A DNA stretch of 64,000 nt from Eledone cirrhosa (taxonomy: Eukaryota). The notes under the pieces were generated by a model. That model worked only from the letters and a program-made list of their open reading frames with translations, had not been told where the DNA came from and made no database searches. Numbering within the stretch: position 1 is the stretch's first letter; the number at the start of each line of letters is the position of its first letter. Both the position numbers and the translations under genes were made by a program. This document shows, piece by piece, positions 39,737 to 51,688 of this stretch. The stretch lies in assembly GCA_964016885.1 (NCBI GenBank), contig OZ024744.1:99510001-99574000 (forward strand). Reading direction: 5' to 3'.

Positions 39737-40727
39737 GTAATATTTTGGTTTTTTTTTAAATTGTATAAGAAATTTTTACCTTTTTTTTTTTTTTAAATGT
39801 ATCCAACATTGAAACTGCTTCTAATGTTTATTATATTATTTCTTTTTAAGCAAATTCATTTTTTAAAAAAATTAGATATATCCTGGTAGCATTGTAATTA
39901 TGAGCATTTAACATTTATTTTACTTTACATTATTTGTATTAAAACAAAAATTTAGATTCTTTGGAAATATAATTGAGTAAAGTTGTAATTTAAATATTAT
40001 TAACTATATTTTACATTTTAAAATATTGTAGATATGTTAACTTAAATGTATATTTTTAACTGTTAACCTCTTCTTAGCTAGAAGTACTACTTAATTTTGA
40101 CCATCAAATTAAGTTTTATAAATTTAAAAAATTTATTTTAAAATTGTGCTGATATTTTGATATTCTTATATATTCACCGTATTAAATGTTTTGAGTGTGT
40201 ATGAAAACTTTATATGAAATTTAATTTTGTTTCATTAACTCATTGTATTGACAGATTTAAATTTCTTTGAAAGTAGACCTATTTTTATTGTCTCTTCATT
40301 GTTCAGTAATAATTTTAAAAAATTATTCACTATTTGGCTATAGAACTTTTTTTTTTTTTTTTCTTCCTCCATCTTTGAAACTATATTTTCTAGTGAGCCT
40401 GTATTTTTTCTTTGTCCATTTCTATTTGAATTAAATTTTAACTTGCATGTTATTCTTCACATCTGCTTGAAATTGATAGTGTAATCTCTACACATCCTTC
40501 TTGGAATTGCATCAATACAATGAGTCAATGTTTTGTGAATTGTACTTATGCAAGACAGTTATAAACGTGTGTGTGTGTAATAATATATACATATATAATG
40601 CGTGTATGATATATGTATAGGTGTATATGTATATTTGTGTGTATGATCTAAGAATAAATCTATGTACCTTAATTTATGTACCAAATTTAATCTGTTCCTA
40701 TTTTTTTGTCTTCTTTACCTATAACAG

Positions 40728-40744
40728 TCTGGGTGGCCACATAA
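40728..40744 (+). CDS. Syb: Synaptobrevin luminal-tail exon A, (V)WVAT*; probable exon end 40758
   Basis: Long pyrimidine tract, then ataacAG|TC TGG GTG GCC ACA TAA; donor GT|GTAAGC at 40759. With exon 6A it gives a 125-aa protein ending like squid synaptobrevin (VWAAT, from memory). Confidence 0.88.
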
Positions 40745-41220
40745 ATACTCTATGATGTGTAAGCTCAAATTTCTTGTCTTATGAATATATATATTGCACT
40801 AATCAACATTAGATGTTGTACATATTGTATATATATAGAGGTAGATGTTTTTTGTCTCAGATTCAAGTGTAGTTATACTTGTGTGTGTTGGTTTTCTGCT
40901 GTTAGGGGTTTTTTTTTTTTATTGCACTTATAGCTCAATTGTGTGTATGTATGTTGTGTGTGTGATATACATATTGCTTTGTAAAATACATGCTAATTAG
41001 GGAATTAAACAATCTTTCACTTTAAACCATTTGTATAATATAGTTTGAGTTCATTTTAATTTACAGTTTTGTTTTGTTTAGTGTTATAGAGTTAAAAAAA
41101 AAAAAAAGTTTCTTATTGTTAACCATCTTGTAGATGGTCTTAGGTGTTGAGTTTTAGTGTTGTTCAGTGATGACCTGTTTCAATTTAAAATGCTGATATT
41201 GGTTTTTGATCACGCTAAAT

Positions 41221-41564
41221 TCATTCATTTCATCATTTCATTTTACGTCCACTTTTCCCTGCTTGCAAGGGTGGGACGGGAACTGATTCTGGCTTGATTT
41301 CTACAGCTAGATGCCCTTCCAAACACCAACCTCATTTACAGTTAGTGCTGGGTGCTTTTTTGTCGTGGCACCTCCACGACCACTTTGCAGTGGAATGATA
41401 TGGACCCCAGTCCCTATCATCTCATTTCTACAGCTGAGTAAACTGGAGCAATGTGAAATAAAGTGCCTTGCTCAAGGAAACAACACATCACCCGGTCTGA
41501 GAATTGAGCTCACAACCTTTCGATTACAAGGCCAATGCTCTAACCACTAAGCCATGTGCCTCCA
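41221..41564 (-). mobile_element. Apparently full-length tRNA-derived SINE, a near-identical inverted copy of 56881-57223
   Basis: Reverse-complement match over ~340 bp (see ORFs 41311+ and 56895-). A/B boxes and an (ATG)n-type tail. Confidence 0.9.
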
Positions 41565-41577
41565 TCTTTTATATATT

Positions 41578-41676
41578 TTATAAGAACAGATTCAAGTTTA
41601 AGCAAAGAATTGCTGCTTTCACCCTTAATGGATAAAAGCAGTAATTCTTTACTTAAACTTTAATCTGTTCTTATAA
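41578..41676. repeat. 99-nt hairpin: 42-bp stem with 15-nt loop
   Basis: TTATAAGAACAGATTCAAGTTTAAGCAAAGAATTGCTGCTTT pairs with 41635-41676, with one C-U mismatch, one C-A mismatch and one G-U pair. Confidence 0.92.
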
Positions 41677-41824
41677 TAATATATATATATAATCAGTTCT
41701 GTGTGAACGAAACACACTCCTTTGACCTGGATCTCTCACAATGGGACAGCCCATCTTACCCATGTTAGTGTGGAAAATTGACATTAAAGAAGATATATAT
41801 ATTTACATTACATATTTGCTTATA

Positions 41825-42039
41825 TTAACCCTTTAGCATTTACATTACTCTATATTTACTATTGTATTTTCACGATAAACACTTTATTTCACATCTTGCA
41901 TATCGAATCTGAGATTTTGATATTTATTTTGAGAACAATACCTTAACATCAGTATGAGTGGCCGGTTACAGCCAGTTTGAACAGAAAGAGGTAAGAGAAT
42001 TCTGGCCCGATATGACCGGTTTAAATGCTAAAGGGTTAA
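41825..42039. mobile_element. TTAA-flanked piggyBac-type MITE, family 1 (intact ends)
   Basis: 14-bp perfect TIR CCCTTTAGCATTTA/TAAATGCTAAAGGG with TTAA on both sides. Confidence 0.93.
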
Positions 42040-44529
42040 TTTATTCATATTTATTCATAACACACAAAAATGTACTAAAATCAGGTTGATAGAAACAAAT
42101 CTTGCTAATAACAAATAAACTGATTATCACTTAAATTAATTTATTAATTCTGTATTAATTTTTATCAGCATTTTAAATAAATTATTGCCTCGTTACTTGA
42201 GAATGGGGACAATAATTATCCTGATTGTTCAATATTAATATACATATTTTGTTTGATTTAGTCTTGACTAAAATAATTTCATAATTACTAATTGAAATTT
42301 TAGAGTTCTGTTGAGTTCTACTTTTTCTTGTTCATATATAAATTTAGTGTAGAGAATATATTTGATCTAACTTAATAGTTGTCTAGCCCACTGATTTAGT
42401 AGACCTGCTATAAACTATCCTTCTGTTGTTAAGATATAATATCTGACTTTAAGCCAGTTAGATAGTTTGATGTAATCTAAAAGGGTTGTTTATTATTTCT
42501 AGCAGGTTGACGGATCATGTAAAAGTTCCCTTATTTCAAATTTACAGTTTTATCAAGTTTTTTTAATTTAATTTTTCTTCAAATATTGTTTCATTAGCGA
42601 CTATAGGTTCTTCTGTCCTGTACCACATGAAACCACATTCTTGAACACTATAAAACACTGACTGCATCACATTAAATATTAGTCTTTATTCTAATACTGC
42701 AGATACTCACAATCTGTCCACCAGTAAAGAAACGACAAATATTTGAACACATTTTTAAAGGTAATTTCTGATAAATCATTACAGGTTAAGAGTTAAGATG
42801 GAAGTAAAACGATGAGTTTGTTGTATAATCCCTAGCAGGACTTATTAAACAAATAGAATGGACCACTGTCAATCTCGACAATCAGTGTTCCGGTTGTTTG
42901 ATCAACAGAACAACCTGCCCATGAAATTAAGTGGCTGATCCAACAGGCTTCCAGTTTGTCTACCTGGTTTTACTCACAAGGTAGAGGTCAGCCCGAGGCT
43001 ATGGTAATTGACACTTGCCCAAGATGCCACATACTGGGATTGAAAACTGGACCTAATGATTGCAAAGCAGACTTCACCATTTGCTGTCCAGTGTTGAATA
43101 TAAATATATATATGTATATTAAATTTCATACATTTAATCTTCAGCATGCTGAATTTTTTCTTCTAGGATTGCTTCCCTTGACACTGCAATATGTATTAAG
43201 GGGAGATTATTCTAGTTACGTCCCTTTACGATCTGAGGTTGACTTTGCCTTTCATCCTGACGGGGTCGATAAAATAAAGTACCAGTAATGCACTGGGTAA
43301 TTGCTGGCCTTGTGCCTAAAGTAGAAACAATTATTCTATTGGTGATTTAACCTGGAGGCTCTAGGCACCTTAACATGTATGCACGTCCTTAGGTTTCAGG
43401 GACCAGTTATGGCCAACACTATAGTGGTGAAGTCATTTCAAAACTGGCTTCTCGTCAGGCTCCAGGACATATCTAGGGATATCCTGCACACACATGTGTG
43501 TGTCACAACAAAAAATAAAGTCCACGCTGTAATGTGGCCGTGTAGGTAACATGGTAAAAAGACTCCCAGTCAACACTGTAAATGTGGTTGGTGTTAGAAA
43601 GGGCATCCAACCGAAGAAAACCTGCCAGATAGTGCTATATGAGCGAGACAAGGTCATCCAACCAACCTTGCTTCAAATTGGGACAATTCCCGTCTAACCC
43701 ATGCTAGCGTGGAAGATGGACGTTAAACGATGATGATGATATATATAAAATCACACGCATGCAACTAATTTGAGTTAGAGAATCCATTTATATTTAAAAT
43801 AAAACGCTTTATCCCTTAATTCCCTCATAGACATATATACAAATGGTGCTGACGATCCATTAATTTCTACATGCACACACAAACAATACATACAATTGGT
43901 TCCCTCTGATAGATTTTGTTACATTTTACACATTCAGTAGATCATATTACTTTAAGCTCTAAAGGTTTTGTTAGTAATTTTCAGGCAAGCAGTTTACTAT
44001 TTTATAATCAATTGTGATCCCAAAAGGTTTTATTCTCTTGGACAGTTAGTTTCTAATAGTTTTTTTAACTCTTAACATCCTGTACCACATGAAAAGTACA
44101 AAATAGCATCATGACTGTATAACATTAATGAAGTCTTTATTCTAAAACTGCAAATGTTCACAATCTATCCACTAGCAAAGATTCTAGAGATATTTGAATT
44201 AACAAACCGCATTAGCAAGGCATATTTGAAAAGTATAAAACTGCACTGTGACTATCACATTTTAAAAAAATGGTGATAATGAAAATTGTGTATAGTGCTC
44301 AGGTGCACTACAACTCATCAAAGGTGCATGTATAGTACATAGAATAATCGTTTCTACTTTTGGCACAAGGGCAGCAATTATTCCAGTGCATTATTGGTGC
44401 TTTATTTAATTGACAACAATAGGAAGAAAGGCAGTTAACCTTGGCAGGATTTGAACTCATAGTACATAGAATAATGTACAAATGTCAGGAAAGTTAAGTG
44501 TATAAGTCATGATATACACACAGATACAC

Positions 44530-44695
44530 ACGCATATGGAGGAGGAATTTTGAAGGATGTAGTGTCCCAACAGCTAACGACTGATGCAGGTGGTTTATTC
44601 CATGCAACTCTGAGCGTGAAAAAATGTTTACGAAAGTCGTGGGGGCTATGGTGTTTTCTGACTTTGTAGACATGCCCATGGGTGTTACACATGTA
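44530..44695 (-). mobile_element. CR1/L2-type LINE 3' end
   Basis: THGHVYKVRK...RKHFFTLRVAWNKPPASVVS...SFK matches the CR1-clade C-terminal 'TRGH..K...R..FF..RV...WN.LP..VV...SFK' pattern. Confidence 0.75.
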
Positions 44696-45809
44696 AATAT
44701 TAGTCTTTTCTCTAGTACTCAAATTTTCACAGCAATCTGTCCACTAGTAAAAATACTAGAAACATTTGAATTAACAAACCTGTTTTTAGATGTTTTCTGC
44801 TAAATTATTACAGGATCTTAAGAGTTAATAGACATGTCTCTTGTAGCAGGTCTAATCATATTAATTCAAGGATTCTTTTTTGGCCGCTTTAATAAAGGCT
44901 TTAAGGGTTTTTTATTTGAGGTAAACAATTTAATGTGAAATATTTATCAAAGCTTGTCACAGCAGTTGAATTTGAAATCTACGTTTTACATCTGAGAGCT
45001 TGTAAAGTTATGATAGAGAATAGTGCTATGGAATATCAATACCAGATTTATTAATTCTTTAATTGTATTGTTTATTATCAATACTTTTACACTTTCACAT
45101 ATTTCTTTTAAATATAGGCTTTCGTGTGTTTTGAATATGGTGCATGCATTTTAATTTATATAATGTGCACTGAGTTCACTTTTTCTTCTTGAATACTGTT
45201 TATGTGGTTATTGTTTCTAAATGTTGTTTAAATTTATTTGTTACTGTTTCAAACAAATATATCACTGCTTGCAATCTGTTAAGATGTGTACCAAATATTC
45301 TTGTCTAACTTTAAATTTTATAACTTTGTATTTCAAATGAAAACTGTTTCAAACTGTGATTTTGGGTTTAATATGTAAAGTTAAGAACAGTTTAAATAAT
45401 ATTTTCTCGGAAGTCAAATGTATATTTACTAATCTATGTAATTTATATTTGGGATAATTTCAGTGAATTAGATACCATATATACTCATGTACAAGTCACA
45501 TCTTTTCCCACAAAAATGTGAAATATCAGCACAGGCCCTATCTACTTGACCTACAAAGTGGTACAAGTTAGATGCATGTAAAATGGTGTGACCTATTATA
45601 CATAAGTATATACAGTACTCATTTTTTTTTGGGGGGGGGGGTAAAGTTCAGTTAATTGAAACTCTAAAACATATTTAACAATAGAAATAACAGATCTAAT
45701 TTATTCGAATTTAACTTTTACAAAATTTTACTAATGTAATTTTATTTATGGAGTGTTAGATAAATTTTGTACTAATATTCTTTTCATTCTTTTCTCATTT
45801 ACCATGCAG

Positions 45810-45835
45810 TCTGGGTAGCCAACAAATATGGCTAA
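45810..45835 (+). CDS. Syb: Synaptobrevin luminal-tail exon B, (V)WVANKYG*; probable exon end 45837
   Basis: ACTAAT branch motif, long pyrimidine tract, then catgcAG|TC TGG GTA GCC AAC AAA TAT GGC TAA TG|GTAGAT. 11 of the first 12 nt are identical to tail A. Confidence 0.8.
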
Positions 45836-48546
45836 TGGTAGATTATTTTCATTCTTTTGATGTTGTCATTTTCGTAATTTCTTTATTTTTAATGGTTCAA
45901 CATTTATTTTATACTTAATGTAATTTATTTTTCTGTCGGTTTTAGTTTTGAATTTGTATATCAAAATTTATATCTTTGCCGATTGGGGGTGTTGTTGTTC
46001 AAACCATTATATATATATATATACACAAGTGGGAAAACCCCCGTCCAAACCCATGCAAGCGTGGAACACGGACGTTAAACGTTGATGATGATGACACATA
46101 TATCTAATGCGAAGAGCAAATTGAAGAAAAATTGGGTACTTTTTTTGTCTTAAGTCCCAACTGCGCAGTTTCACCAACTGTTATGCAGCTAAAGTGCACT
46201 GAAGTTGTGAGGTTGTTGGCTTGTCAAGATACTCCCTCAGTGTAAGGACAAATTCCCTGGACTGACTGCTACTAGTGAAATTTTCGAAAGCAAAAATTAT
46301 CACATGGTTTTAGTCAATACTGAGGGGTAGACTGTTGGCAAGTAACAGACTTGCTAGAAGAAGCAGTCTATTTCAGCTTAATTTTTAACTCAACCATATG
46401 GGAGTTAGGACAAATTATAGAAAATACATATGCATATAGATACATAAGTATTTGAGGTGTCCTTCCTTTACATATTTTGCTCGATAAATGAATTAAATAA
46501 TCATTTAATCAGAGCTATATAAAATTGTGTGAAGAGCATATATTTATATATATATACCACCATTAGTTTAGATAAAATTCTTCGCCAACAAAATACAATT
46601 AACTATTTACAATTTATATAATTCGGGAGTAAAGCAATACGGATACATCTTGAATGTTTGAATTTTAAAAATTTGTGCGGTATTTCAAAATTATATGAGG
46701 CATAAAACTAACAGCTTATGTTTATCGTTTGTTCCCACCTAAACGATGTTTACTATGTGCTTTAATTATATCATTTACGATATAGTTTCGTGAAATTATA
46801 TTAAAATTAACTGAGCTAGTGTCCAATTCTAAAACGGATTCCAATAATTTAAATTTTATTTAATGTTTTATTTTTTAAAAAGTGTAAGGTTTCAAAATTA
46901 AAGAATTCTTACTGAAAATATTTTGTATGGGCATGGAAAAGCTAGGAATTTTAGATATGATTCATGGTGGAGATGTATTGAAATTCTTTTTCATATTCCT
47001 TGATATTTGCAGCAGATGAGATAGGCATTTCTTTATTCTCTAATGCCTAATAAGGGAAAGCAAGCAGTCTGTAAATGTTGTGGGTTCTATTCCTTGACTT
47101 AGTGGTAGGTTGTGTTGAGTAAAACAATTCTTTTCATGTTGTTCCAGTCACCTCAGCTGAAAATGAGGTTATGAGGGATAGGCTCTGACCTGATGAACTT
47201 GTGTGTGGAACAGGCCTGAACTTCATATTTGATGGATTCTGGCTTTGCCATTTTTCATTCTATAATTCAAAGTAAAATGTTATCTAATGTACATAATTAA
47301 GGAATTTTTTATTGTTCAAAAATGAAAGATATTATTTATAACTTGTAAAAAGCACCAAGTACTTTTCGCAAAGTGGTTTGTGTTAGGAAAATCATCCAGA
47401 CATAGAAACCATGCCAAATTATTGAACAAATGACATGGTATGCTGACCAATCTAATCTTAGACTGTGAGAACCTGTCCAATCTTTGCTAGCATGGAAAGC
47501 TAGAATATTAGTATGAGATATCCTCTCTGTCTAGAGATGGCGGTGTACAATTAAGATTAGTGTGGCTAATGTGGTGATAAAAATGTTATATTAATTTAGT
47601 AAGTGAGGTTTCTTAACAATATTGATCTTTGAAAAGTTACTGCATGTAACATTGATCAGTCTATTGTGTTTTAGGAAATACAATTTTTAAAAAATGTAAA
47701 TTAATACAAAGGAAGTATGTTTAGAAAGCAACAAGCAAATTTTGAAAATTGAAGTAGAAATAAAAGGTTTCGTCATATCATTTGACTAAATAAGTACAAT
47801 TTTTTATCCTGTTCTATACATTTGTTTCGGAACTGCCTGAGAAGAAATATTTTAGCATTTTAAATTTTTTAATAGTATTTCAGTTAGAGGACTTAGGATT
47901 TAACAATTATCATTTGAGTACATTAAAATTTGGCAAATTGACAGTCATTAGAACATCAGCAAGAATACTTTGTAGTGTTTGTTCTGGGTCTCTGAGCTCT
48001 TTGAGTTCAAATCCTATCAATGTTAATTTATCCTTTCCATGTTGATAAAGTACCAGTTCAATAGTGGAGGTTTATTCTTCCTTTGATCTCTCTTTTGCTG
48101 GAAGAAGAAATCAGTTATGTTCAAACCTGGAGAGAGGGTGGGTTTTACCAGGTTTAAAAAATGTCCAAGGCATGTCAAGACAACTCCTTCAGGAGTTAAG
48201 GGTGCCATGGACATTGAAATATAGAACCCAATATTTACTGTATATAGTAAAATATAAGCCAATGCCATTATTTTATGTCTGAGAAATGGGCAAAAATCTA
48301 AACCTTAATTATGTAGAATTTGAAGTTGGTGAAAATCATCAAAATAATGACCCCGAATATAAGCTGACCCTATTTCTACCTTCAGGTTTTTTTTTTTTTT
48401 TTTTTTTTTTTCATGGGGGTCACATATTCCTCGGCTTATATTCAAGTATATATATGGTACTTCTGTATAAATTTTTTTTTTTTTTATGTATAGTGCATGT
48501 CATTTATTTTTATTTTATTTTCTTAATTTCCAATGTTTTAATGTGT

Positions 48547-48728
48547 TTAACCCTTTAGCATTTAAACTGGCCAGAATTCTCCTCACCTCTTTCTGTTCAA
48601 ACTGGCTGCTCATACTGATGTTAAGGTATTGTTCTCAAAATGAATATTAAAATCTCATAGATTTGATATTATGTGAGATAAAGCCTTTACCTTGAAAATG
48701 TAGAGTAATGTAAATGCTAAAGTGTTAA
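48547..48728. mobile_element. TTAA-flanked MITE, family 1 (inverted relative to the 41825 copy)
   Basis: TTAA-CCCTTTAGCATTTAAAC ... AAATGCTAAAGTG-TTAA. Confidence 0.88.
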
Positions 48729-49329
48729 ATTGTTGGAATGCTTTGATATTCAAGTTCTAAGAAATTATGTAATTGAATTGGTATATTTGAAACAATTCTA
48801 TTATATACTCAGTAGTATTGAATTTAAAATCAATAGATATTTCTTCATAAGATTTACTAGAATCGTTGTTTCTTGTCGAGCTTTTGCTGAATTTTCTTAC
48901 AATTTCTTTAAGCTTGCTTAATGAATTTGACTCCTTTCTATTTGTGTTGGTGCATATGTCCAATTTCCATTTCTTTAAACATATTTTCCCCCTTCAGAAG
49001 ACTAACAATACAATCTTTGTGTAACCCTTTTTATACCAGCCCCACTCAAAACCTACTCTGGCTCTATGAAACAAAACCACCCATTTTAATGGGTTCCTAT
49101 TTAAATTAAAATTCTCTAATATAATTTCATATAAGAACCATATTGGGCTATTATCTCAGTAATGAAATAATTGTTTGTCAATCCTTAATTAATTGAAATA
49201 GTGTCGTTAGAAACACAATCACAAAAGGGTTGAATTAAAATCTTAAAATTATTTAAATAAATACTGTTATGACATAATATAGTTTGTAATATTGACGAAC
49301 AGGAATGCATATGACATTGTAAGGCAGTG

Positions 49330-50420
49330 TTTGAGGCTTGCTCAACCAGAAGAGTAAGTTAAGCATGATGCATGGAATAGATGAACTAACTGAATGCAAG
49401 TGGAATATCTTCTAAAGCATCGGCTACGCTGTACAAGGGAAATAATTATGGGTTAAGCTGAAATCCAACTTTAAATCATCAAATAAAGTATTCTCGCAGA
49501 CCATCTGCCAACTTTGTGATAAGAAAAGGTATGCTCTGGATCTGTAGAAAGGCACCAAAGCAATGGCAATCAGGAGTGATAATCCCAATTTTTAAAAAGG
49601 AAGAAAAGGTTCTTATTATAGAGGAATATCTTTGTTAAACCTTTCCGGTAAAGTCTATGCTAAGTGTCTGGCAAAGCGATATAGAGAGATTGTTGGGTCC
49701 AAGCTAGCTGACCAAATATTCACTCTGCAGCAAGTCTTTGAGAAATTGTGAGTATTGCCAACATGTGTATGCTTCTTTTGTGGACAGTTTTTTTGTTGCC
49801 TTCAAGTCCCTGGAGGAATGATGAATGGCAGGAATGAAAATCAGTGCTGCAAAGACACTCTCTTTCTCCCAAGAAAGCCATTACAGTGCTCTCTGCATGT
49901 GAGTGGAATTCCACTGAAGCAGGTGAAGAAGTTCAAGTATCTTGGAGTAATTTTCATAGGTGATGAAAGGCAGGAGGCTGAGCAAGAATTATTGGAACTG
50001 GTGCAGTAATGTGCCAGCTTCAGCATTCAGTCCTCAGAAGAGAGGTATGTGTAAAAAACCAAATTTACTATCTTCAATTCAGTATCTGTGCAAACCCTTA
50101 CCTATGGCAATGAGTGAAATGCAAAAGGTCTTTGGCCTAAAGTTACTCAATACGTGGCTCAGTGATGGAGTTTTGGTACTGTGGACATGTGATTGAAATG
50201 TCTCAGGAAATAATCGCTGGTCAGATTTTATAGGCAAAGCCAATTAGCAGTAGACCCAAAGTTATACGACAAGGAAGATGGCTGGATAACATCCATGAGC
50301 TTAGTTGATCTCTATTGCAGATTCAGCTGGAGTCAGTTGCTTCTGATAGGACCCTCTGAAAGGTGTGTTTGAGGAGTATGTCACTATGACCCTCCCTAGG
50401 AAGAATAAGTTGTAGAAGAG
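49330..50420 (+). mobile_element. RTE-like LINE remnant (RT domain and C-terminus; internally deleted, frameshifted)
   Basis: WQSGVIIPIFKK, YRGISLLNLSGKVYAKCLAKR, LKQVKKFKYLGVIF, CGHVIEM and RWLDNI motifs, in order. Confidence 0.85.
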
Positions 50421-50773
50421 AATATATATTTTACTAAGTTATAAATGCTATGAAATTTATTTAAATTATTTTTACTTCTCATTTTAAATAAAACTTAAAT
50501 TTCACTAGTTGATAATTTTATAAATTTGTTTAAAAATGAAGTAAAATTTACATGTTTATGGTTGGAACAATTTATATTATTTCATTTATTTGTAGTTAGC
50601 TATATAGTATTTTGATAAAGTTTAAGTAGAATTAATATAAAATTACATATTTAGTCAATTCTTTGGGGTAATAAGAATTGAACTAGTTTTCTTACCAACT
50701 CATTGCATTAAGCTTTCTTCAGTTTATGAAAATATATTGGAAAGATAGGCTTTTTAAAATAGCATGTTTTTAA

Positions 50774-50823
<50 letters not shown>

Positions 50824-50849
50824 GTTTATGCACAATCATACATTGATAC

Positions 50850-51040
50850 AAATTTTTCGCACCAGTTGCCATCAAGAACTCGGGAATCCTCAGACCCCGT
50901 ACTGCCAAGCTCCTCCATAAAAATCAGAATGTCAGCAACCTATCTGAGGAAGGAGCCTTGTGATGTGGGGTGGCTGTTTCAGCAGGTGTCACTGGCCATT
51001 GTTCGCGAAAATACCTTTGCAGTTATGTCTGGGGTGCAGC
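50850..51040 (+). mobile_element. Second REL-endonuclease-type non-LTR 3' remnant
   Basis: FAPVAI ... DVGWLFQQVSLAIVRENTFAVMSG; same motif as 30530-30750. Confidence 0.6.
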
Positions 51041-51326
51041 TAAAACACAGCTCTGTTTTAAGCATAGAACCTATCACCTCTCCTTTTCCCTTATCTTTCT
51101 TCTATGACTTCATAGTCCTCGCTTTTTCCTGCCTTTTCCTCTCATTTATGGAATTTATAGTCCTTTTCTTTATAGCCAGATCTGCCCTTCTTTACTCCTT
51201 CCCCTTTTTTGATTATTTAATTTTGGTTTATATCCTTTTTTGATATTTCCATCCTTGTATAACTTCTTTTTCATAAAATATAGTTGACATGTTTATGTAT
51301 TTTATTTTTTTTTTCTTAAATTTCAG

Positions 51327-51355
51327 TTTGGCAAGTGAATGATTCTTCAAAGTGA
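51327..51355 (+). CDS. Syb: Synaptobrevin terminal exon, luminal tail C, (V)WQVNDSSK*
   Basis: ttttttttcttaaatttcAG|TT TGG CAA GTG AAT GAT TCT TCA AAG TGA. Phase 1, conserved V-W, followed by a long UTR-like region. Confidence 0.82.
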
Positions 51356-51651
51356 AGCATCTGGCTCCAGCAGCAGGACTCTTTTGACCAAAGCAACATA
51401 TTTAGTGTAGATTTGTAGGGAGTGGGGGGGAAGGGTGGGTCAGATGGTTGGATGAATGTCTTTTGTCAAGGCTGGACGTAGTGAGGGTGGGTGTGTACTC
51501 TGTACACATTTGTGGGCTTTATATATTTGTTCTGCTCTTCAGTGTGTGTGATTGTGTGTGCTTGGTTGTGTGTGTGTGTGTGTATATATATATAATATAT
51601 ATATATATATATACACACATATATATACACGTATGTATGTATATAATGTAC

Positions 51652-51688
<37 letters not shown>

